Source: Hyphomonadaceae bacterium (GTDB taxonomy: Bacteria; Pseudomonadota; Alphaproteobacteria; Caulobacterales; Hyphomonadaceae). From it: a stretch of 64,000 nucleotides of DNA. The translations under genes were made by a program, and so were the position numbers. Below the pieces are notes generated by a model. That model did not search any database. It saw only the letters and a program-made list of their open reading frames with translations, and was not told the origin of the DNA. Shown piece after piece: positions 57,312 to 64,000 of this stretch; the first letter of the stretch is position 1, and the number at the start of each line of letters is the position of its first letter. The stretch is from NCBI GenBank assembly GCA_022844345.1, contig JALHLU010000015.1, forward strand, positions 9,680-73,679, written 5' to 3'.

Positions 57312-58307
57312 TCACATGCCCGGCGCCAGCCGCCCGTAGCTTGTGTCCGGCGGCGCCACGTCATTAGCCGCCTCGCTAGCCAATCGGGGACGCACCGGCG
57401 GGACATAGATTTCCCGGAAGCACGGGTTGCGCGTGGGATCGAAGCACGACCTGATCCAGTGCAGCACAGGCTGGCTCACGTCCATGTTTCGCACGCGCTC
57501 GGTGTACGCCAACCAGAACCGGACGGTCGCAAGCGGCTTGATGTTGGTGAGCGGCGTCAGTCTGTCCTCAATCTCGGACACATAGCTCGGCATGGCGGCG
57601 ATCCCGGCGCCGGCTGCGCATGCTTCCACCAGCACAGTGCTCGCATCGGTCGCCATCGTCTGCGGCAAGATCGCGCCCCATGCAGTAGCCGCTTTCTTCC
57701 AGCATTCTGTCTGGTATTCCTCGCTCGAAAGCCGCAGGCACTTGTGCGACTGGAGATCGGACATGCTCTTGGGCTCGCCGTGGGTCGCGATGTACCCCGG
57801 CGCGGCGTAGAGAATGTAGTGCAGCCATCCGAGCTGACGTGCGACGATGTTGGCCGCGGTAGGCTTCTCGAACTGAATGGCGATGTCGGCATCACCGTCG
57901 GACAGGTTCGGCGTCGTTGGCATCACCTTGATGAAAATTCCCACGTCCGGCTGAAGCTGAAGCAGTTCAGGAAGGCGACGAGCCAGCCAGTAGGATGCTA
58001 TACCCTCTCGCGCGCAGATCACGAGCTGATCGGGATTCCGTTCGCTGGCCCGATCAGCAATGGCCTGCACGGCATCCGCCATGGTGCGCGCTGTTCTCAG
58101 GACTTCTTCGCCAACCAGCGTCAATCCAAGTCCCCTCGGCGAGCGTTCGAACAGCCTGTGACCAAGCGCACGTTCGAGCTCTTCCAGGTCAGTCGATACC
58201 TTGCCGTAGCTTCGGCCCAGTGATTTGGCGGCAGCATTAATGCTTCCCGTTTCGGCTATGGTCTGAAAGACCTTTAGCCGATCCCAATCCAGTTTTGCCC
58301 CCAACAC
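57312..58307 (-). CDS. LysR-family transcriptional regulator
   Basis: 331 aa. N-terminal HTH (WDRLKVFQTIAETGSINAAAKSLG) and a LysR substrate-binding domain. Divergent from traG. Confidence 0.85.
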   Translation of the reverse strand: MLGAKLDWDRLKVFQTIAETGSINAAAKSLGRSYGKVSTDLEELERALGHRLFERSPRGLGLTLVGEEVLRTARTMADAVQAIADRASERNPDQLVICAREGIASYWLARRLPELLQLQPDVGIFIKVMPTTPNLSDGDADIAIQFEKPTAANIVARQLGWLHYILYAAPGYIATHGEPKSMSDLQSHKCLRLSSEEYQTECWKKAATAWGAILPQTMATDASTVLVEACAAGAGIAAMPSYVSEIEDRLTPLTNIKPLATVRFWLAYTERVRNMDVSQPVLHWIRSCFDPTRNPCFREIYVPPVRPRLASEAANDVAPPDTSYGRLAPGM

Positions 58308-58603
58308 AGTTCGCTCCTTTTTGACGACCCCATCGTCGATTTTCTGGGAAGCGAAGCGCGCACCGTCTCGCTTATGCCTGGCCTATCGATTGGCTGGACG
58401 TGCGCGATGGACTGGTCTCAACCCCCATTAAGGACTTCGGGATGCAAAGGACAAACCAGCCTTGCCGCTAAACAAAGGCTAAGCCCCGCTAACGAATACA
58501 TTGATCAGCACAAGACCAGCGCGAGCACACACAGCGACAGTGCAAGACAAGCGCACGGTGAGCGCGATGCCTGCATCGGCGACGTCTCCAAGGCGATCGT
58601 CCG

Positions 58604-60592
58604 ATGAGCGCGGGTCGGATCTACTGGGGCCAGATTCTGTGTGTATTCACCGCGCTTTTCGCGAGCATGTGCCTCACCACACAGTGGGTTGCAGAAGCGC
58701 TCGGCCACCAGCCGCAACTCGGCGCGCCTGACGCCACCCTTTGGGGCGTGCGCCTGTATGCGCCGTGGAAGTTTTTCGGCTGGTGGTACGCCTATGACGT
58801 TTACGCACGCGAGATATTCGAAACGGGCGCGCTGATTTTCCTGGGCGGCGTTGCTGTTTCAGTTTGCACCGCCTTCGGCTTCTCGCTGTGGCGGGCGCGC
58901 GAAGCCAGCCAGTCCGACACCTATGGAAGCGCACGCTGGGCCAATGCGCGCGACATCAAGAGACTGGGGCTTCTGCACGGTGACGGCGTCGTTCTGGGCG
59001 CCTGGGACCAGAAGCTGCTGCGCCATGATGGCGACGAGCACGTCCTCGTTGTTGCGCCGACGAATACCGGAAAAAGCGTCGGTGTTTCGCTACCGACGGG
59101 TCTCGTCTGGCGGCATTCATACATTGCCCTCGACCTCAAGGGAGAAAACTGGAACGTCACGTCTGGCCTGCGGGCGTCCTTTGGACCCGTTTACCGCTTT
59201 GCGCCGACTGAATCCGGCTCGCACCGCTACAATCCCCTTACCCAGATCCGTCGTGGCGAGGCTGAAGTCCGCGACGCGCAAGTCCTGGCGGACATGCTTG
59301 TCGACCCCGAAGGCGCCCTTCAGGCGCGCAGCCACTGGCAGCTGCGCGCCTTCGAGCTTCTTGTCGCAGTAATTCTCTGGACGCTCTACGCCGAAGAAAG
59401 AAAGACACTGGCGCGCGTCGCAGAGCTGCTTGCCGATCCCAACAGGCCGGTTCTGGACCTCTTCGAGGAGATGCTGAAGCGTCCGATCAAGGCCGACGCT
59501 GCCCACCCTGTCGTCGCAGCCGGTGCGCGTCAGTTGCTCGACATGGCAGATGCCGAGCGTTCCGGCGTCGTGTCGACCGCACTGGGCTTCCTGTCCCTGT
59601 ACCGGGATCCAATTCTGGCGCGCGCGACGGAAGCCTCCGACTTCTCGATCGCCGACATCATCACCGGCGACAAGCCGGTCTCGCTCTACCTGGTGATACC
59701 GCCGGAAGAGATTTCGCGGCTGAAGGCGTTGCTGCGCCTGGTCATGAACCAGGTCCTCAAGCGCCTGACCGAGATCGCGTCACATCAGACGTCCAACCGT
59801 CGTGTGCTGCTGATGCTCGACGAGTTTCCGCAACTTGGAAGGCTCGACTTCTTCGAACATGCGCTGGCCTACATCCGAGGCTACCGCATCAAGGCCTGCC
59901 TCGTGGCGCAATCGCTCAATCAGATTGTCCAGGCGTATGGCGAGCACTCGTCCATTCTCGACAATGCCCATGTGCGAATCGCGTTCGCCTGCAATGACGA
60001 GCGAACCGCGAGGCGCATCTCGGACATGCTGGGCGTCACTACCGAGACACGCGCCCAGATGAACTATGCAGGATCGCGTATGGCGCCATGGCTGGGCCAT
60101 ACAATGGTCTCGCGCCAGGAAGTTCCGCGACCCCTGCTGACGCCCGGCGAAGTGATGCAGCTGCCAGCATCCGACGCTCTGGTCCTCACAGGCGGATCAC
60201 CGCCTATCCGCGCGCGCAAGATTCGTTACTTCAACGAGCCGGCATTCATCGCGCGGCTCAGGCCCAAGGTCGCGTTCCCGCCGCCGACTGGCGCCGGGAT
60301 CGCCACGCCCTGGGATGGGCAGATCGCACCGATCCCGCCAGCGGCGCCCTCCCCGGCTGCCAAGCCAGCAGCGCGGGCGGTCCACGCGACTCCAAAATCT
60401 ATGAGCCGGCGCGAAAAGGATGTTCACCAGAAGGCATTCGACTTCGCAATCCCTGCGCTTCCCCGCGCAGCACTTGCGCCTGCCCGCCAAGACAACGCGG
60501 AGACCGCATCCGACGAGGATAGGTCCGGATCGCTTGATCCTGCCCGTGTTCTCTTCGGGATCGATCCCGACGCCTTCGAGTCCGGCCAGTGA
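58604..60592 (+). CDS. traG: type IV coupling protein TraG/VirD4
   Basis: 662 aa with N-terminal TM helices. Walker A-like APTNTGKS and LLMLDEF (Walker B). Confidence 0.92.
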   Translation: MSAGRIYWGQILCVFTALFASMCLTTQWVAEALGHQPQLGAPDATLWGVRLYAPWKFFGWWYAYDVYAREIFETGALIFLGGVAVSVCTAFGFSLWRAREASQSDTYGSARWANARDIKRLGLLHGDGVVLGAWDQKLLRHDGDEHVLVVAPTNTGKSVGVSLPTGLVWRHSYIALDLKGENWNVTSGLRASFGPVYRFAPTESGSHRYNPLTQIRRGEAEVRDAQVLADMLVDPEGALQARSHWQLRAFELLVAVILWTLYAEERKTLARVAELLADPNRPVLDLFEEMLKRPIKADAAHPVVAAGARQLLDMADAERSGVVSTALGFLSLYRDPILARATEASDFSIADIITGDKPVSLYLVIPPEEISRLKALLRLVMNQVLKRLTEIASHQTSNRRVLLMLDEFPQLGRLDFFEHALAYIRGYRIKACLVAQSLNQIVQAYGEHSSILDNAHVRIAFACNDERTARRISDMLGVTTETRAQMNYAGSRMAPWLGHTMVSRQEVPRPLLTPGEVMQLPASDALVLTGGSPPIRARKIRYFNEPAFIARLRPKVAFPPPTGAGIATPWDGQIAPIPPAAPSPAAKPAARAVHATPKSMSRREKDVHQKAFDFAIPALPRAALAPARQDNAETASDEDRSGSLDPARVLFGIDPDAFESGQ

Positions 60593-60606
60593 GGAACACA
60601 TAACAG

Positions 60607-61050
60607 ATGGCCCGCACGAAAATCACTGTATATGTCACGCCTGACATGGCCGACGCGCTCAAGCGGCTCGCCGCTGCGGACGACCGCAGCATGTCCGATA
60701 TCATCGAAGACGCCATCACCCGGCGCCTCTCCGACCTGGGCCGCGACGTCGAGCATGCCGCGGTCATGTCCAAGTTCGAGCAGGTCTTGCGGCGGCTTGG
60801 CGTCATCGAAAAGGGTGTCGAATCCCACTTTGAGCTGACCGCTCATGCGGCGCGATTCAGCATGAGTGTCGCGCCAGAGATTCCCGAGACGCAGCTCGTC
60901 GCCGTCAATGCACGCGGCGCCGAACGCTTCAGAAGCATTCTTGCGGCGATCACCACAAGGCTGACGTCTGGACGGAGCTTCTGGCGCGAAACACTGTCGG
61001 GCGCGCACCAGGCGCAAGCGCAACACGCTGCGGGAGTCGCCGCAGAATGA
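60607..61050 (+). CDS. ribbon-helix-helix (CopG-like) protein between traG and trbB
   Basis: 147 aa. The N-terminal KITVYVTPDMADALKRLAAADDRSMSDIIEDAI is RHH-like. ATGA overlap with trbB. Confidence 0.7.
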   Translation: MARTKITVYVTPDMADALKRLAAADDRSMSDIIEDAITRRLSDLGRDVEHAAVMSKFEQVLRRLGVIEKGVESHFELTAHAARFSMSVAPEIPETQLVAVNARGAERFRSILAAITTRLTSGRSFWRETLSGAHQAQAQHAAGVAAE

Positions 61051-62036
61051 CCGCGCTCTCCCCGCTCGGCCACGACCCCTCACGCGGACTCGCCATGCTG
61101 GCGACCGCCCTGGGCCCTTCGATCGCGGCGATGCTCGATGCTTCGGACACGATCGAAGTCATCGCGAACCCTGACGGGCGTTTGTGGCTTGAACAGGTCG
61201 GCAAAGGCCGCATCCCGACGACACACCGGCTGGATGGTGTCGAGATCGAACGCGTGATCCGGCTCGTGGCAACGCTGACTGGCGCAGAGGTCACCCGCGA
61301 CAAGCCCATCATCTCTGCAGAGCTGCCGCCACGGGGTGAGCGGTTCGAGGGTGTCTTGCCCCCCGTTTCCCGTGGACCCTGCTTCGCCATCCGCAAACCA
61401 GCGGGGCGGATCTTCTCGCTCGATGACTACGCCGCCGCCGGCGTGCTTGCGTCAGACCAGGCAGCCACGCTGAAGGCCGCCATCGCCCAGCGCGCCAACA
61501 TCATCGTCGCGGGCGGCACGGGCTCGGGCAAGACAACGCTCGCCAACGCCCTGCTCCAGGAGATTGCGCGCCGCAATGAGCGGGTCGTCATCCTGGAAGA
61601 TACGCGCGAGTTGCAGTGTGCCGCCGAAGACGTCGTTGCGCTGCGAACACAACCGGGATCAGTGAGCCTGTCCGATCTCGTGCGCTCAACGCTAAGGCTG
61701 CGCCCGGATCGCATCATCGTTGGCGAAGTCCGCGGGCCCGAGGCCCTCGACCTGCTCAAGGCCTGGAACACTGGCCATCCGGGCGGCGTCGCGACACTCC
61801 ACGCCAACTCGGCCCGGGCTGTGCTCGCGCGTCTCGAACAGCTCACCATGGAAGTCTGTGAGACGCCTCCTCGGGCGCTGATCGCAGAAGCCATCGACCT
61901 CGTCGTCTTCATCGAGCGCGGCGGTCCGGCTGGCCGCCGCATATCCGAAATCTTCGCGCCCAAGCTCACGCAAGCGCAGGACCCCATCGCGCGAGGGGGA
62001 CACGCGCATCATGACACCAACAGGAGCGACTTATGA
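61047..62036 (+). CDS. trbB: T4SS ATPase TrbB (VirB11 family)
   Basis: 329 aa with Walker A GGTGSGKTT. Also has the RIIVGEVRG and GHPG motifs. Confidence 0.92.
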   Translation: MTALSPLGHDPSRGLAMLATALGPSIAAMLDASDTIEVIANPDGRLWLEQVGKGRIPTTHRLDGVEIERVIRLVATLTGAEVTRDKPIISAELPPRGERFEGVLPPVSRGPCFAIRKPAGRIFSLDDYAAAGVLASDQAATLKAAIAQRANIIVAGGTGSGKTTLANALLQEIARRNERVVILEDTRELQCAAEDVVALRTQPGSVSLSDLVRSTLRLRPDRIIVGEVRGPEALDLLKAWNTGHPGGVATLHANSARAVLARLEQLTMEVCETPPRALIAEAIDLVVFIERGGPAGRRISEIFAPKLTQAQDPIARGGHAHHDTNRSDL

Positions 62037-62362
62037 GACTGGAGATAGCGCGCACAGCGGTGCGCGCGGCGGGGCTGTGCGCCGCGGTCATTCTGACGAG
62101 CGGCGCAGCACATGCCGCGACCGGCGGCGGCGGCATGCCCTGGGAAGGTCCGCTGACAGCGGTCATGGATTCAATCACCGGCCCGGTCGCCAGGATTGTC
62201 GCCATTCTGATCATTGTCGCGACCGGCATGACGCTCGCCTTTGGCGATGTCGGCCAGGGATTCAAGAAGCTGCTGCAGATCCTGTTCGGTCTCGCCATCG
62301 CGTTTGCGGCGGCCAGCTTCTTCCTGCCGCTCGTCGGCGGTGGCGGCGCGGTCATCCAGTAA
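62033..62362 (+). CDS. trbC: T4SS pilin-like protein TrbC (VirB2 family)
   Basis: 109 aa: a signal peptide, MPWEGPL...ITGPVARIVAILII, and two hydrophobic helices. Confidence 0.85.
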   Translation: MRLEIARTAVRAAGLCAAVILTSGAAHAATGGGGMPWEGPLTAVMDSITGPVARIVAILIIVATGMTLAFGDVGQGFKKLLQILFGLAIAFAAASFFLPLVGGGGAVIQ

Positions 62363-62367
62363 GAGCA

Positions 62368-62640
62368 ATGACCATGCGCGATCCCCGCGATGTTCCAGGC
62401 TATATGGCGCCGGTCCGACAGGCGTTGACCCAACCCATTCTGATGGGCGGCGCGCCGCGGTCCTACGCCATCCTCAACGGTACGCTGGCGGCCATCGTCG
62501 CTTTTGCTGGCGCCATCGTGCCGGGGGTTATCCTGGGCATTGCGGGCCACGTGCTCGGCGTCTTCCTCGCGCGACGCGACCCCGACGTGATCGAGGTTCT
62601 GAAGCGGGCAATGCGCATCAGCGGGCGGCTTGAGTACTGA
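62368..62640 (+). CDS. trbD: T4SS protein TrbD (VirB3 family)
   Basis: 90 aa. LTQPILMGGAPR and a following TM hairpin. Positioned between trbC and trbE. Confidence 0.8.
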   Translation: MTMRDPRDVPGYMAPVRQALTQPILMGGAPRSYAILNGTLAAIVAFAGAIVPGVILGIAGHVLGVFLARRDPDVIEVLKRAMRISGRLEY

Positions 62641-62661
62641 ACTTTCAACCGGACAAGGCAG

Positions 62662-64000
62662 ATGATCAGTTTTCAACCCTATAGCCACACGCCCAATCGT
62701 CTTGAGGATTACCTCCCCTGGGCGATGCTCGTCGCGCCTGGGGTCGTCCTCAACAAGGACGGCTCGTTCCAGACTACGGCCCGCTTCCGCGGACCGGACG
62801 TCCGCTCATCGACGCCCGAAGAGCTTGTCTCGTTCACGGCCCGCGCGAACAATGTGTTTCGTCGTCTCGGCCGCGGCTGGGCGGCTTACATCGAGGCCGA
62901 CCGGCGGGAGATCACTGACTACCCGCAAGGCGCGTTCAACGACGACCTCTCCCGTCTCGTCGATTCCGAACGCGCGGCGGAGTTCGAACAGGCTGGGGCG
63001 CAATTTGAAACCGTCCATCACCTGACGCTGCAATGGACGCCTGACACGGACTCCAGCCGCAAAGCGTCGGCGTTCTTCTTTGAAGTCGACCAGAAAAAGA
63101 AAGTGCCTGAGCCCAACATTCCAACGGCCGTCGGCGGCAAAGCCAGCCCAAAGAACCGCAGCAAAGTCAGGGACGCCCTCGACCAGCGCGTCGCACGTGA
63201 TGCGCTGACAAGCTTCCAGCGCAGCATTGGGCATGCATTCGGAATGTTCGAGGGCGTCGTGGCGGAGTTTCACCGGCTCAGCGATGACGAGACGCTGACC
63301 TATCTCAAACGCCAGGTGTCGCCCCGCGCGACGAATGTCCGCGCGCCGGCAGGTCCTGCCTTCCTCGATGGATATCTCTGCGATGCTCCGCTGGTCGGCG
63401 GCGTGAAGCCGCTGCTCGGCGACCGGCACTTACGGGTCCTCACCATCAAGGGCTTCCCGCCCTTCACCCACCCGGGCGTCCTCGACGATCTCAACTCCGC
63501 GGCAATGACCTATCGCTGGATGACGCGCTATCTCTGCCTCGACCGCGACGGCGCCGAGCGCGAACTCGTCAAATGGCGCCGGCTCTGGTTTTCGAAGCAC
63601 AAGTCGATGGGCGCGTTGGTCAAGGAGATGATGACCAAAGAGGCCTCGACGTTCTCCAATCCCGACGCAATCGCCAAGACAGAAGAAGTCGAGGAAGCGC
63701 TGCAGGAACTCGGCTCCGAACTGGTTGGCTTCGGCTTCCTGACCTCAACTCTGGTCGTGCTGGGCGCCACGGCAGAGGAAGCCGACGAAAAGCTCCGCAC
63801 GGCGGAACGGATCATCGCGTCACGGGGCTTCGTCACTGTTGCAGAAGGTCTCAACGCCGTCGAAGCGTGGCTGTCGAGCATCGCTGGACACGCTTACGCC
63901 AATGTCCGCCACCCGATGGTGTCGACGCTAAACCTCTCCCATGTGGCCCCTCTCTCGACGGCCTGGGCAGGCGACGCTTGGAACAGGCATCTTGATGCAC
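62662..64000 (+). CDS. trbE: T4SS ATPase TrbE (VirB4 family), 3'-partial
   Basis: ATG at 62662 and open to the window end, so it is absent from the ORF track. The N-terminus LEDYLPWAMLVAPGVVLNKDGSFQTTARFRGPD is typical of TrbE. Confidence 0.88.
   Translation, partial: MISFQPYSHTPNRLEDYLPWAMLVAPGVVLNKDGSFQTTARFRGPDVRSSTPEELVSFTARANNVFRRLGRGWAAYIEADRREITDYPQGAFNDDLSRLVDSERAAEFEQAGAQFETVHHLTLQWTPDTDSSRKASAFFFEVDQKKKVPEPNIPTAVGGKASPKNRSKVRDALDQRVARDALTSFQRSIGHAFGMFEGVVAEFHRLSDDETLTYLKRQVSPRATNVRAPAGPAFLDGYLCDAPLVGGVKPLLGDRHLRVLTIKGFPPFTHPGVLDDLNSAAMTYRWMTRYLCLDRDGAERELVKWRRLWFSKHKSMGALVKEMMTKEASTFSNPDAIAKTEEVEEALQELGSELVGFGFLTSTLVVLGATAEEADEKLRTAERIIASRGFVTVAEGLNAVEAWLSSIAGHAYANVRHPMVSTLNLSHVAPLSTAWAGDAWNRHLDA

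Larger units (their letters stand above)
56739..64000. mobile_element. conjugative transfer (Mpf/coupling) module of an ICE or plasmid, trb type
   Basis: Contiguous traF, LysR gene, traG, RHH gene and trbB-C-D-E with overlapping stop/start codons. The backbone also includes ardC/ssb (202-1595) and the ParB-like gene (47470-49389). Confidence 0.85.

Noticed and set aside
58308-58603. LysR/traG intergenic region considered as an oriT or small-ORF locus (77-aa ORF at 58374-58607)
   Set aside because: The ORF has poor coding character. I could not identify a nick-site-like sequence or strong inverted repeats. No relaxase gene lies in the window to anchor an oriT call.

Overview
High-GC segment with alphaproteobacterial-type proteins. 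It looks like part of a conjugative element (ICE or plasmid, trb-type T4SS) whose backbone is split by two cargo blocks. Backbone genes: ardC, ssb, a ParB-like gene, traF, a LysR gene, traG, an RHH gene and trbBCDE. Cargo block 1 (about 2.4-47.3 kb) is a dense metal-resistance mosaic. It holds two paralogous MerR/CDF divergons, a P1B-4 (SPC/HEGxT) ATPase and three HME-RND efflux operons: two CzcCBA-like and one CusCBAF. It also holds a Ni/Co-flavoured tail (HupE/UreJ, an anchor protein, an NreB-like MFS), a csoR-copA(ATPase) divergon, copCD, a CnrYXH-type ECF sensor module, copAB (multicopper oxidase) and copG. Cargo block 2 (about 49.6-56.7 kb) holds two mer-like uptake modules with no merA in the window, two tandem Tn5-Ble-like genes, ynfA, a YfcG-like GST and arsR-arsC-aqpS fused to an OsmC-like gene and a ligase-like gene. 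The things most worth follow-up: (1) two paralogous proteins of about 440 aa with Cys-rich N-termini and a glutathionylspermidine-synthase-like motif order; (2) a CnrX orthologue with all Ni/Co ligands at conserved spacing, sitting inside the cop cluster, plus a shared ECF-like promoter motif in front of copC and the oxidase copA; (3) recurrent uncharacterised small proteins flanking the RND operons, namely secreted Cys/His-rich proteins ending in RPP[KR] upstream and an H-x-H lipoprotein downstream; (4) a very Met/Cys-rich lipoprotein; (5) mer-type importers without a reductase. I recognised no rRNA, tRNA, CRISPR array, transposase or integrase. All family calls come from motif recognition by eye. 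Start codons are less certain than stop codons.
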